IMG/VR virus record: IMGVR_UViG_3300037840_000148
Coordinates: 1-64,000 of that record
Strand: one strand, 5' to 3'
Length of the DNA: 64,000 nt
From: a virus
A model generated the notes under the pieces. The model searched no databases. It worked only from the letters and a program-made list of their open reading frames with translations, and was not told where the DNA came from. Positions 27,401 to 37,263 of the stretch are shown one piece after another (the stretch's first letter is position 1; every line of letters starts with the position of its first letter). The position numbers were made by a program, and so were the translations under genes.

Positions 27401-28160
27401 TTTTATGGACGCGACAGGCCAACTCCAGGTAGTGTCTCCGACACTGTCTGTCACCGCGGCCGGTTTCCCGATTGCTGATCAACTCATGAAATTCAACCCG
27501 AAGACGGCATATATTACGTTCGCTGATTTGCCGAACGACACCGGGATTTATATCGGAACAGGCAGCACGACCTATAACGGCGCTACAGGTTGGTTCAGGA
27601 TGGCCCCCCGTCAGATCCCCGGTGGTATTAACGGTCCCGAGCCTGTCTGGAGCCCTTTTGCCGCGATTACGAACGGCTGCCAGCTATTACAGGCTGTCGA
27701 AACGACGCCAGGTATTAAAAAGCTGCTTGTCGGCCCTGCGTTAGCCGGGGAAGAGATTTTAAAGCGTGACCCGACCGTCTATACAGACGACGGCACGCCT
27801 TTTGATGCCAACTTCCAGTTAGGTTCGTTGTGGCTTGTCCGTCGCGGCGAGTTGGCTATCCTGAAGTTCCTTGAGTCGGATTTCTCGATGAATACCAACC
27901 CGACAGTTTCATATCTTTTGAATGAAATTTCTGGGACATTTAATAGCTTCGTGACATCACAGGCGTTATTTGATCCGCCGGTTCTATACGGCAAAATCAA
28001 AGCCCCGACATCCTACGTCCCGTTGCGTTTTTATTTCTCATCGACCGGTTCGTTGGCTTTGGCTGTTCATATGCAAGTCGGATTTGATTTTGGAACTACT
28101 GCGAATGCCGACGAGTGTTTCAATTTCACGATTTATGGCGCAATAAGTAAGGGACACTAA
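24447..28160 (+). CDS. Tail tubular/nozzle-like protein with inserted carbohydrate-binding-like repeats
   Basis: QNVEI...NTI.RR.G N-terminus; ERIWG...V.FS C-terminal propeller-like part; repeated TTTDG.V.W modules. Confidence 0.65.
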   Translation: MDLLAGAGARSIKEIPFAPLFIEDLWPGLYTNRSALHDPSGLYERRYMGGRPGSLIGGQNVEITVRNTIGRRFGLTPFSIGTYPTQPIRAFSFEDVTGLIRVLIDTGTTGLLTVTSAANASGITTVYTGVFPAGAVNAYAGMYFQIQGFTTNASNNGVFLCTASTATTLTLQNPQGIAETNPAQAISSGAVYYDPQIGVPLLLKGKQPNAQQSYFVAVAGICYVGDGVETWTYVPYNVNGTVWNWGIQPPTSAPSVNVVQSGSASVLWTASTVWSTMGLIYDSASGTILQLHSVNASNANTTQFGSTGPGVPTGGWNTSFNGTTTDGSVTWQNNGIITSWSANTRFASVFAAYNNLPEVIYDPVTKAIYVNVSTATVGGYTGYYTGSQVPNFKAGNGQTTVDNQCLWQYVGTPGVLPTWAASTTYPTFLVSRGNPPVGNYQAATVTEPLSLLFGLPTSQPVYWQVVKVGGTSGSSGVAPFGSTVVLAGSIIGDNGDTLWLSLGSGTWAATTGYSGWTAPGSIFSALKDSNGNFQVCTTTGVSGGTQPTWGSTYGATTTDGTVVWTCVGTSMGWTSNTKWYLPSTGFYPPQTSGTSSASYGGASIIDSNGDIEFIINSGLGGASHPTWNSVGGYTADSGTALVLTQVTVGATTATYTGTITGGAANGLVGKTFLIGGFTNAGNNALINVTASTGSTLVCSLTSQVNETNPGTAHQNAIWYNLEVKPAQSLGWTKGYSYAYSYKSRNLLDFYSVPSGSPLAIPTPPGQSSPLPAPTGSLLGAVSTASPAFTVTGGNAGAVNTVSGLGSTDPQVDTIVIWRSADGGGSSNMFELTEIPAPQPVNGVARPWSFQDFLPDLPTSVFPGLNELISAPIDEVNNPPLATFLPMEYNFERIWGATGQQVLFSGGPDTLVGNPQAAFNPADEFPFLSNVLRIVKTTQGSVVYTANSLEIILGGPATASFFSVTLAPGIGLGNYNALDVYMGEQFFMDATGQLQVVSPTLSVTAAGFPIADQLMKFNPKTAYITFADLPNDTGIYIGTGSTTYNGATGWFRMAPRQIPGGINGPEPVWSPFAAITNGCQLLQAVETTPGIKKLLVGPALAGEEILKRDPTVYTDDGTPFDANFQLGSLWLVRRGELAILKFLESDFSMNTNPTVSYLLNEISGTFNSFVTSQALFDPPVLYGKIKAPTSYVPLRFYFSSTGSLALAVHMQVGFDFGTTANADECFNFTIYGAISKGH

Positions 28161-28169
28161 GGGACGCTA

Positions 28170-29825
28170 ATGGCCGATCAACCAAACAATTTGATAGCCG
28201 CCGACGATCCTGCGCTAGATGAAGTGAAGTTTATCCAACGAGAGCCGATATTAGCTAGCCAACCGCCCGGGACAGCGCCGTCAGTAAACGACCCTTTTCA
28301 AGGCGCTATCATCAGCCAGATTGGTTTGCAGACAGATACCGCGGATTCTCAATTAGCCGGGCATCTTCCGATTTATCGTTTGATGCCGTCATCGGTCGCT
28401 GGTTCCGCTACGGCCGTATCAGCAGCTACGTCGACATTATTAAAGAACCCCGAGTTTGTCACAGCACAAGCGCAAATAGAACAAAATACAGTCGCGATTG
28501 CGAACATCCAAACCCAGAATATATTTCTCGGTGCATGGAGCGCAACGACGGCATACGTTGCTGGAAATCAGGTCACGGAAGCCGGTGGTTATTACATCTG
28601 TATTTTAGCAAATATCAACCAGATGCCGCCGAACGTGACGTATTGGCAGCTTGTTTCGACAACAAATACGACTGTCTTTCTTGGCGCTTATAATGGCGCT
28701 ACAGCTTATGTCCCTGGTAACCAAGTTACCTATCAAGGTTCGTATTGGATTTGTATTGCGAACTCGACGGGTAACGCGCCATCAACTACATCGACTTTCT
28801 GGACGTTGGTCGGGACGTCTGTAATCTTGATTGGCGCATGGAATTCAGGTACTGCGTATGTTCAAGGAAATGAAGTTACTTTCAGCGGGAATGTCTATCA
28901 GTGCATCTTAGCGAATACAAACCAAACGCCGCCGAATGTGACGTATTGGCTTTTGATTGGTCCGGCAAGTCTAGACAATGTTCCTGACGGTACGACTAGA
29001 TTTGCGGCTACCGGTTCGACGCTTTCGTATGTCCCGACGTCTAATCCACTAACTGCATCCGCCGGTGTATCAAACGCAACTATTACGGTTTTATCGTTTA
29101 CGATGCGAACGAGCAGTAAGGGTGACATCTCTATTACCGGCAGTTCTATAACGTTGTTGTCTTATTCAACTTTATACTATATTTATTATGACGACCCAAC
29201 TTTAGCGGGTGGTTCGGTAACGTTTGTTCCTACAACTACTAAAGCTACAGCAATTCAAGGCGCGGGAAGATTTTTTGTCGGATCGATTGTTACTCCGGCA
29301 GCGACCGCGCCTAATACAACGGGCAATAACGACGGCGGTGTCGGAGCGCAAGGCGGAAGCACCAGCGTATTTTTATTTGGTGCTTTTACTAATACCGGCG
29401 CAACGATTGATCCGACTTTATCAAATCCACAAAATGCGTTTGATGGCGATCTGACAACTTTTGCGTCCGTCGTTCAAACAAATTCCGCGTCAACGACCGT
29501 AAATGGCGGGATGATTCTTCAAGCCGCCACCCCGACATCAGCTCCTTGGTCAAGTTTGATTTTATACGTCTTGACGTCGGTTACAGGAACTAGTGGAGTA
29601 CATAATAGCGCTACAGTCGATATATCTCTCGACGGCGGTAATTCATATACAACTTTATTTACTGTCACGGATAGTAATCGAGCACAAACAACCGATCAAA
29701 TGACTTTATCGAATAACCAAAATCTTGCTCTTGTGCGAGTTAGATGTCGAACAGCCGGAGACGGCGTAGCCACAGGCGCGGTCACACTCAATATTTATGA
29801 AGCATATGTAGAAGGTATAATCTAA
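28170..29825 (+). CDS. Tail fibre-like protein with three CBM5/12-like repeats
   Basis: 3x GAW...TAYV.GN.VT..G..Y.CI.AN....P......W. Confidence 0.7.
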   Translation: MADQPNNLIAADDPALDEVKFIQREPILASQPPGTAPSVNDPFQGAIISQIGLQTDTADSQLAGHLPIYRLMPSSVAGSATAVSAATSTLLKNPEFVTAQAQIEQNTVAIANIQTQNIFLGAWSATTAYVAGNQVTEAGGYYICILANINQMPPNVTYWQLVSTTNTTVFLGAYNGATAYVPGNQVTYQGSYWICIANSTGNAPSTTSTFWTLVGTSVILIGAWNSGTAYVQGNEVTFSGNVYQCILANTNQTPPNVTYWLLIGPASLDNVPDGTTRFAATGSTLSYVPTSNPLTASAGVSNATITVLSFTMRTSSKGDISITGSSITLLSYSTLYYIYYDDPTLAGGSVTFVPTTTKATAIQGAGRFFVGSIVTPAATAPNTTGNNDGGVGAQGGSTSVFLFGAFTNTGATIDPTLSNPQNAFDGDLTTFASVVQTNSASTTVNGGMILQAATPTSAPWSSLILYVLTSVTGTSGVHNSATVDISLDGGNSYTTLFTVTDSNRAQTTDQMTLSNNQNLALVRVRCRTAGDGVATGAVTLNIYEAYVEGII

Positions 29826-30115
29826 TGATTGAAAAATCGATTGATAAAGAGTACGGGACGGTTAATTCTTCCGCAGAGATTTTTTATACTGATAACGGTC
29901 AAGCCGTAATACATATCACGTCTACGCTCGGTGAAGCACGACACGAACACCGCATAACTGTCGGTTCGGAAGACGGCCGAGATATGGTTGGGTCGTTATC
30001 AGAAGATGAATTGAAAGCTTCATTACAGAAACATCTTGATGAAAAGCGACAACAAGCCGCCGATATCTTAAACGGTCGTGCAAAGGTAGCTAAAGTCGCC
30101 TTGGGGTTGAATTAA
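29825..30115 (+). CDS. Hypothetical protein (fibre chaperone-like position)
   Basis: 96 aa, TAATG coupling. Confidence 0.6.
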   Translation: MIEKSIDKEYGTVNSSAEIFYTDNGQAVIHITSTLGEARHEHRITVGSEDGRDMVGSLSEDELKASLQKHLDEKRQQAADILNGRAKVAKVALGLN

Positions 30116-30591
30116 TGGCAAGAACACCTGAAACAATAGCGGGTCGTTTTAGTAATCCGCTTGTTTTGAATTTGATTGAAATTACTGCGCCCGGCGATCC
30201 GCTGATTTGGCGACTCAGTCAGAATTCTGTCCCGTGGTTTTTCGGGACTGTCAACCCGTCGTCCATTACTGGGTTTTTGAATAATGATTTTTACATGAAT
30301 GTCACGACCGGCGCAATATGGCAACTTCAGTCCGGTCTTTGGATTAACATTCCGTCCGGCGGATCTAATGGCGGCGCTTACGCGGCGACTTTTTCAAACC
30401 AAACATCGTTGGTTATTACTGGTGTGACACACGCGTTGGGAACCGCAGATTTAATAGTTGCAATTTACGATTCAGCAACCGGAACTAGAAATTTGATAAT
30501 TCCGAACTCTGTCTCGATAGACAGCACGACATACGACGTCACGGTGACATTCGAAGCGGCACAAAGCGGAAGAATTGTTATACAGGGATAA
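30115..30591 (+). CDS. Virion structural protein
   Basis: DFY.N..TG..W and TH.LG..D..V..YD.....V.F....SG patterns of phage fibre modules. Confidence 0.65.
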   Translation: MARTPETIAGRFSNPLVLNLIEITAPGDPLIWRLSQNSVPWFFGTVNPSSITGFLNNDFYMNVTTGAIWQLQSGLWINIPSGGSNGGAYAATFSNQTSLVITGVTHALGTADLIVAIYDSATGTRNLIIPNSVSIDSTTYDVTVTFEAAQSGRIVIQG

Positions 30592-30601
30592 CATAGATAA
30601 T

Positions 30602-33600
30602 ATGAAGAAATTATTTTCAGTTTTATTTTTTACTGTCTTGTTTGCTATCAATGTTTCTGCGCAGCAAAAAGTAAATGGCGGTTTGTCTATCCGAGGTCCA
30701 ATTCCTTATAGAGATATCACGGCATATATGCCTGTCGGTGGATGCGACAACGCAAATCTATCCGGTGGCCAAGAGCACGGAACGATTAACGCATCATCGA
30801 ATTCTCTGACTTTGGTTGGTGGAGGCGGGTCATACTACGCTAATGGATGCGGGGTGTTCGTAGCCGGGGCAGGGCCTCTTTCGACGCTTTCGACTCCCAC
30901 GCAAGGGGCTGCTCCTAATCCGACCACTCCCGTAGGAATGACTTCCGGTTCCACCACCGTGCATTACAAAGTAGCTGCGATTGACCCGCAATACGGCACT
31001 TCAGCAGCGAGCGCGGCATTGACGATCACCACAGCGCCATCGACACGTACGCCGATTGATTACGTCGGAATCTACTGGACGGCGGTCAACGGTGCGGTCG
31101 GCTATCTCGTTTATACAGATAATAATGGTGGAGGAACTTACGTCCCTCTTGGATATTCTTTTGATTGTACTGCATTTTCTGCTGGTGGAATCTGCGGCGC
31201 GATTGATAAAGGAGTCGAAACGAACAGTTGGGTTGGCGGGACTGCGGCGATGTGGCCGGGAGCGCCTCCAGGATCGGTGACAGGACAAGCTCTAATCACC
31301 ACGATAACATCAGGTGGCGGCACTGGAGCTTTGACCCTTGCGGCGACAGCCACAACATCTGTAACCCAAGCATTTACGTGGCCGGATGAGTCAATGTTTA
31401 TCGGGCAGGCCATTTCGGATGCGAACAGCGATGGCGACAATTCGCACCACAATAAAGGGACGGTATTTATTCCGAAGGGGGTTTGGTATACCGACACAAT
31501 CCCGTATCCCGGCGGCTATACAGAAGGAGTCCAGATAAATCTGTCTGGAGAAGTTGTTTTGTTTGGATTGCCTGTATACGGCGGCCTTGCTAGTGGAGGA
31601 ACCGGAAGAGTGTCAATCAGCGGGCACGATTGTGGGGATTACGGCGCAAATAATTACGTGATGAACGGTTGCACGATTGCGGGTTCTACATATCTCGGAG
31701 CTCTTTTTGTCACACAAGGCTCAAACAGCGGATTGAATTTAGATCATGTATCGGTGTCCCCATTTCAGGGTGGAATTGTCCAAGATTCGCAAGGCGACGT
31801 GACCACAAAGGACGTAAATTTCGTCTTTTCGACTTCCAGCACCGGACTCATGCTCCAAATTGATAATAACGTGTATTTCAGCGTCTATGACCACAGCAAC
31901 TGGAACGATGGCGCTAACAGCACCGCAAATAATATCCCGATGATCTGGTTTTTGGGACTGACGAGTACGGCTCACAGCAGCGATTTCATATTCAACAACA
32001 ACACATTCGTTGCTCATACGGTCAGAATGGATCAAGCCTTTCCGGGCGGGGGCGGTCCTTCATCTCCAGTAGTTTTTAGCGGCCTTACATCTATAGAGGA
32101 TAATTGGGATCCGGGATTTGTGACTACAGCAACCAACAATTATGTTCAGTCGTGGACAATCGACAATGTGAACACCGGAGATGCGAATGCTGTCCAATCG
32201 CTCATGTACGGTTATGCCGGTTACAGCAACACGATAGCTGGTAACCAGATATTTGTGCATGGGCAGACCTTTGGTTTCTCCAGCCTCATTAGCAGTTCAG
32301 CGCAAACGGTAGCAGACACAAAATGCTTTTGGGTTGTCGATAGTGAAAACCAGCCAGGAGCAGGCTTTGAAAGCTTAGGATACTGGGGAAATATTTATAA
32401 TGGAACGTATACAGGTTGCGATTATGGAATCACGTTATTGGGGCCGGATGTTCAGACTACCGAAGTATTGACCTCGGGAGGAAACTCCGCTGGCGGAACT
32501 GCCGGAGAACAGATGATTGGCCACATCATCCGGCGTCCATCAGTAACGACCAGCGCAAGTTCAGGATCGCTCTCAGCGGCGACCTACTACATCAAAGTCA
32601 CCTTCAAAGATGTGGCTGGACGTGAGGGCGGGGCAAGCCCGGAAGTATCGCAGGTAGTAGGCGCATCGGGTTCGGTGGTGGTTACGGCAACCGGAACCAT
32701 TTATTTTCCGGCAAGCTGTAATGTTTATTACGGGACATCTGCGGGCGGAGAAGCTAATTATTTCAATTCGACTACCGTTACGAATGGAACCTGTACATAT
32801 ACATTAACAACAACTTCCGGGGCGTCGTCAGGAACGCCTCCCCCAGTCGGAAATGCCATGAATACGTGGTTGACGGAAGAAAATAATGCCAACTCGTGTC
32901 TATATTGCGGTTTTAGCGGCGGATTAGGGACGGGATTTATCGGGTTTAATCTCAATGCCGCACAATACGCCGCGGTTCCTTCTGGCGTTCAGTTTCCGTT
33001 CAATGGCGGCGTGCATACATATAAATTCTTTTCAGGTTCCGAAACAACCGCACCGACAGGGGCTTCCGGAATAGACCAATTGTGGGCGGATTCTACCGCA
33101 CACGGATGGAAGATTAATCCAAACAATTCCGGTGCTCAGTTACTTGCTGGTTTCGGATCGACTCCGACAAACGGCGATTGTGCAAATATTTCCGTTGTAG
33201 GCGGCGTTGTTAGCTTAGGTGATGCCGGGGCTGCTTGCGGAGCGAGCGGCGGCGGTCTGAATACCAATATGAACAACATGGCAAATCCGACTGCGATGAG
33301 CCAGAGCCTTATTCCTGGTGCTGCGAATAGTATAGCATTAGGTTCACAGGCGTTGCCTTTTACAAATGGGTTTTTCGGGACGGTTGCAAATCAAAGCGGA
33401 TCATTCAATACTGCTAATTTGACAGCCAATCGAGTTATCAACTGGCCGGACGCAACGTCCACGACAGTCCGAGCTTGTGCGTCTGTATCAAATCAGTTCT
33501 TAACTGCGATTGCGGTAGCAACCGGCATTTGCAGTCAAGCACAACCGACGTTAGCAAATATCGCCGCCGGAGCTTCGCCTAGTGGGTTGTTTGATTTCAG

Positions 33601-34429
33601 CGGTTCGACGATGAAAATCCCGCAAGCAGCCGGTTTATTTGCCGGATCGGCAAGTAACATCGGTTTAGATACCACGGCGCATTCCGTCCATCTGTACATC
33701 AATAATGCTGATAGTATTGCGTCTGCATTTGCGTCTGCTCCTACCGGCTCGTTGTGTGTCCAGACTAGCGGAACGACAGGATTACTTGTCGAGGCTTCCG
33801 GAGTTTGCGGGACGGTCACGCCGTCAAGTACGAATACCTTTACTAACAAGACGTTAAACGCAGAAAGCACTGGTAATTCTTTGAGCGAACCTATCCGGGC
33901 ATTTTTCCCGGCCGGTGGTTGTAATAATTCGACGGCCGGTAACGGTTGGGATATCGGCGTGACAAATACGCCGACGCCGCAATGCGCCGGTACGACGGTC
34001 AGAAAAGGAACGCTGGCATTTGCGCAAGGAAACGTCGGGTATATAAATTTCCATCTCCCGAGTGATTGGAATTCAAGTGCGTCGACGGATATCGAAATTT
34101 GTTTCACAACGACGGATACAACAAACGGACATGTCACGAGCTTTAATATCCAGACGGGCTTTAATGCCACAAACGGCACCGTGACAGACGATCCTACGTT
34201 GAATACGTTGCAGGCTTTGAGCGTCACAATCGGAGCAAGTCAAGTGTCTGGTGGCGAGTTATGCGGTAAATTGACTGGTATGACCATGACGGGTTCCGCT
34301 GCGGATTATAACTTTGAAATTGTCGTGACAAGAAATAACTCAGGAACGGATACAAATACAGACACCGCGGTCGCTGTTAAGTCGGCTGAATTGATTTATG
34401 GGGTTACTAAGAATGCCACGAATCGTTAA
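30602..34429 (+). CDS. Secreted large adhesin/tailspike-like protein (beta-helix region)
   Basis: Signal peptide ending VSA-Q; AI.DA....GTVFIPKG.W beta-helix cap; Gly/Thr/Ser/Cys-rich. Confidence 0.72.
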   Translation: MKKLFSVLFFTVLFAINVSAQQKVNGGLSIRGPIPYRDITAYMPVGGCDNANLSGGQEHGTINASSNSLTLVGGGGSYYANGCGVFVAGAGPLSTLSTPTQGAAPNPTTPVGMTSGSTTVHYKVAAIDPQYGTSAASAALTITTAPSTRTPIDYVGIYWTAVNGAVGYLVYTDNNGGGTYVPLGYSFDCTAFSAGGICGAIDKGVETNSWVGGTAAMWPGAPPGSVTGQALITTITSGGGTGALTLAATATTSVTQAFTWPDESMFIGQAISDANSDGDNSHHNKGTVFIPKGVWYTDTIPYPGGYTEGVQINLSGEVVLFGLPVYGGLASGGTGRVSISGHDCGDYGANNYVMNGCTIAGSTYLGALFVTQGSNSGLNLDHVSVSPFQGGIVQDSQGDVTTKDVNFVFSTSSTGLMLQIDNNVYFSVYDHSNWNDGANSTANNIPMIWFLGLTSTAHSSDFIFNNNTFVAHTVRMDQAFPGGGGPSSPVVFSGLTSIEDNWDPGFVTTATNNYVQSWTIDNVNTGDANAVQSLMYGYAGYSNTIAGNQIFVHGQTFGFSSLISSSAQTVADTKCFWVVDSENQPGAGFESLGYWGNIYNGTYTGCDYGITLLGPDVQTTEVLTSGGNSAGGTAGEQMIGHIIRRPSVTTSASSGSLSAATYYIKVTFKDVAGREGGASPEVSQVVGASGSVVVTATGTIYFPASCNVYYGTSAGGEANYFNSTTVTNGTCTYTLTTTSGASSGTPPPVGNAMNTWLTEENNANSCLYCGFSGGLGTGFIGFNLNAAQYAAVPSGVQFPFNGGVHTYKFFSGSETTAPTGASGIDQLWADSTAHGWKINPNNSGAQLLAGFGSTPTNGDCANISVVGGVVSLGDAGAACGASGGGLNTNMNNMANPTAMSQSLIPGAANSIALGSQALPFTNGFFGTVANQSGSFNTANLTANRVINWPDATSTTVRACASVSNQFLTAIAVATGICSQAQPTLANIAAGASPSGLFDFSGSTMKIPQAAGLFAGSASNIGLDTTAHSVHLYINNADSIASAFASAPTGSLCVQTSGTTGLLVEASGVCGTVTPSSTNTFTNKTLNAESTGNSLSEPIRAFFPAGGCNNSTAGNGWDIGVTNTPTPQCAGTTVRKGTLAFAQGNVGYINFHLPSDWNSSASTDIEICFTTTDTTNGHVTSFNIQTGFNATNGTVTDDPTLNTLQALSVTIGASQVSGGELCGKLTGMTMTGSAADYNFEIVVTRNNSGTDTNTDTAVAVKSAELIYGVTKNATNR

Positions 34430-36422
34430 GATTTTATTTGTTTTATCTTGTTTGTTATGTTTATTGGTTCCTATAAAAGGCCGTGCGCAAGCGTGGTCTG
34501 GACTTTTAAACCCGACTTTTGGTTCCGGGGCGTGTAATCCGGCGTCAGTATCATCCCCACAAAAGTGTGCTATTGATTGGTCGACTGCCGGAGTAATTGG
34601 GGGCATTCCCTCTGGTTCGTGGACACAATCCGGCTCAACTATAACAGCAACAAGTGGCGACAGAACCGCGACAATCCAAGCGGCATTAAATTCTTGTGGG
34701 ACTAATCATTATATTTTACTCGGGCCTGGCGTTTTTAGTGTTACTCATTTGACGGTTCCATCTAATTGTGAGTTGCGTGGTGCGGGTACGTTGACATCTT
34801 CAGGAACTATCGTCAGTGGTACGGCTACTAGTGGTTCGTTGATATCTATAGGAAGCGGCGGTGGCCCAAATTATACATCACCGGCATCAACAACAATTAC
34901 TTCTGGTGCAACTGCAGGCTCGACAAGTATTGGAGTATCTAGTGCTTCAGGAATTTCGACGGGAACGTTACTCGCAATTTCTGAAATTAATGATCCTGTT
35001 TATGTAACTATCCACGTAATTCAAGGTAATTGCACATTTTGTGACGGCACTGGTGATGGGGGAGTTAGGGCAAGAGGACAGGTTGTTCGGGTTACGAATG
35101 TTTCCGGTACAACGCTAACGATTTCTCCCGGACTTTATACTAATTACGGCAGCGCTACTGGAACTGGTCCGGCGTTGGCTTATTATTATCAACCGGGCGG
35201 TCAGAATGCAGGGGTTTATCTTTTGCAAACATATGCTAATGGGACGGGTTATGCCCAGACGTTTAATTTAAGCGCATGCTATGATTGTTGGATTAAAGGG
35301 GTATTTGATAATTACTCGGATGGCGATCACGTAGATATCTATTGGAGTTTACATTATGAAATTCGAGACAGCTATTTTTCTAATGCTTATTTGCACACTT
35401 CTGGCTCCGCCGATTCGGATATAGATTGTATCAATAAATCATCCGATGGTTTAATTGAAAACAATATTTTAGAACGACTACATGTCGGGATTATGTGGGA
35501 ATGGGGTTGTTCCGGCAATGTATTTGGTTATAATTATAGTTATGGCAATTTCGATCAAGGCAACAATACTGGAAATCCGCCCCCAGTAATCTTGGCTTCC
35601 TTCGGGATGCACGGCGCTCATACACAATTTAATTTATTGGAAGGTAATGTCGGCAACACAATGATTGAAGATAGTTTTTGGGGCACCGGATCAAACGACA
35701 CGACGTTCCGTAATCAGTTTCGCGGGACAGACACGCTGGCTCAACCGCTTATCGCCGGTCGTCAGACAGTCAATTGGTCTAGTACTCAATTTGCTACACA
35801 GCAAATGAACGCCCAAGTTATATCATATCCACACACAAACAACAACTCTATTGGAAACATTTTTGGATCTGCGGATGCCGTAACTGCCGCTACTTCCGGG
35901 TTGTATAATGGTGGGTTGTCGCCGTTTACATCCACCGTGATTCCTTCATCAACCCGAAATTATCAATATTGGTTTTATGCCACGAGTATTGGATATGATA
36001 CCGGCTCAGATACCAACGGTAGTGGAGTAACTACTTTTGCAAGTGGGCCGTCTAACACAGCAGGATATTGGGTTGGGTTGGCATCCGGGACATTTTTCCA
36101 ACACGGTAATTTCGATATAGCCAGTAATTCAATTATTTGGAACGGTGCTGTAACACACACATTACCCACCTCATTTTATCGATCAACCCGACCGTCGTGG
36201 TTTGGTAGCGTTCCGTGGCCCGCAATGGGTCCGGACGTTACTGGTGGTAGCGTAGATACGTCGACATTAGCTGGCCACGTTAATGCTATCCCGGCAGAAG
36301 CTTGCTACAACTCTGAATCTAGAGATGCGACCGGCATTAAACTTTTTGATCCGACAGTTTGTTATTATGGATCTACACCACCAAATCCGCCGTCCGGCCT
36401 TCACGTAATTATAGAAAATTAA
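34413..36422 (+). CDS. Secreted right-handed beta-helix (pectin lyase-like) protein
   Basis: Signal peptide ending GRA-Q; DWS.AGV.GGIP, D.TA.IQAALN.C...ILLGPG.F, L.ENN, NL.EGN repeats. Confidence 0.78.
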   Translation: MPRIVKILFVLSCLLCLLVPIKGRAQAWSGLLNPTFGSGACNPASVSSPQKCAIDWSTAGVIGGIPSGSWTQSGSTITATSGDRTATIQAALNSCGTNHYILLGPGVFSVTHLTVPSNCELRGAGTLTSSGTIVSGTATSGSLISIGSGGGPNYTSPASTTITSGATAGSTSIGVSSASGISTGTLLAISEINDPVYVTIHVIQGNCTFCDGTGDGGVRARGQVVRVTNVSGTTLTISPGLYTNYGSATGTGPALAYYYQPGGQNAGVYLLQTYANGTGYAQTFNLSACYDCWIKGVFDNYSDGDHVDIYWSLHYEIRDSYFSNAYLHTSGSADSDIDCINKSSDGLIENNILERLHVGIMWEWGCSGNVFGYNYSYGNFDQGNNTGNPPPVILASFGMHGAHTQFNLLEGNVGNTMIEDSFWGTGSNDTTFRNQFRGTDTLAQPLIAGRQTVNWSSTQFATQQMNAQVISYPHTNNNSIGNIFGSADAVTAATSGLYNGGLSPFTSTVIPSSTRNYQYWFYATSIGYDTGSDTNGSGVTTFASGPSNTAGYWVGLASGTFFQHGNFDIASNSIIWNGAVTHTLPTSFYRSTRPSWFGSVPWPAMGPDVTGGSVDTSTLAGHVNAIPAEACYNSESRDATGIKLFDPTVCYYGSTPPNPPSGLHVIIEN

Positions 36423-36437
36423 AAGTATTCAGGAGTA

Positions 36438-37244
36438 TTGATGTCATTTCTCTCCACCGTTTTTGGAGGTCCGTCGCAATCTGAAATCAATGCTGCGAAT
36501 CAAGAGTCTAATCTTGCTCAGACGTACAGCAATGCATTTAGTCAGACTTTCGGCGAGCAGCAAGGGATTCTGAATCAAATCAATCAGCAATTGACTCCGA
36601 TTGCGAATCTCGGCCCGAATCAGCAAGGCTTTAGTCCACAAGAATTAGCCGCGATGAATACCGGCGCTATTGATGCCGCGGGTGCTGCGGCAAGAAATGC
36701 GAAACAGGCTGCGGCTACGACGTTGGCAGGAGAGGGCGGCGGTGGTTCATCCGGACTTGTGAGCGGCGTCCAGCAGCAAATTGAAGGCTCGATTGACAGC
36801 CAGGCCGCGAATGAATTAGCAGCGACACAAAATGCAATTACGCAGAAGAACTATGATGTCGGCCGGAGTAATTTTTGGAATTCGTCTAGCGGCGAGCAAA
36901 GTCTAGCTAGTAAATATAATCCGGAAGCATTTGGTAATCTAGCTTCATCTACAGAACAGTCGGCATTTAGTGATCAGAGCAAAGTTTCCGCAGAAAACGG
37001 TAGTTTGTTTGGGGATATCGGAAAGGTTGTCGGAATGGTCGCTCCTTTGATTACTGGTGGTTTGGGTAATCTTGATAGTACAGGATCTTCCAGCACCGGT
37101 GAGCAATTTGGTAATTTCTTTTCAGGCGCTCTTGGTTTAAGTCAACCTGGATCTAGTGGTTCTGGTGGTTCTTCCGGGGGCGGCGGTTTGTCTTCAGATA
37201 CAGGCAATGGCTTGCCCGGTAGCGGTAATAGTAGCGAGTGGTAA
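36438..37244 (+). CDS. DNA ejection/pilot-like protein
   Basis: Gln/Ala/Ser/Gly-rich helical protein, first of three typical podovirus internal virion proteins. Confidence 0.6.
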   Translation: MMSFLSTVFGGPSQSEINAANQESNLAQTYSNAFSQTFGEQQGILNQINQQLTPIANLGPNQQGFSPQELAAMNTGAIDAAGAAARNAKQAAATTLAGEGGGGSSGLVSGVQQQIEGSIDSQAANELAATQNAITQKNYDVGRSNFWNSSSGEQSLASKYNPEAFGNLASSTEQSAFSDQSKVSAENGSLFGDIGKVVGMVAPLITGGLGNLDSTGSSSTGEQFGNFFSGALGLSQPGSSGSGGSSGGGGLSSDTGNGLPGSGNSSEW

Positions 37245-37263
37245 AGAGGACTGATAGATAAAA

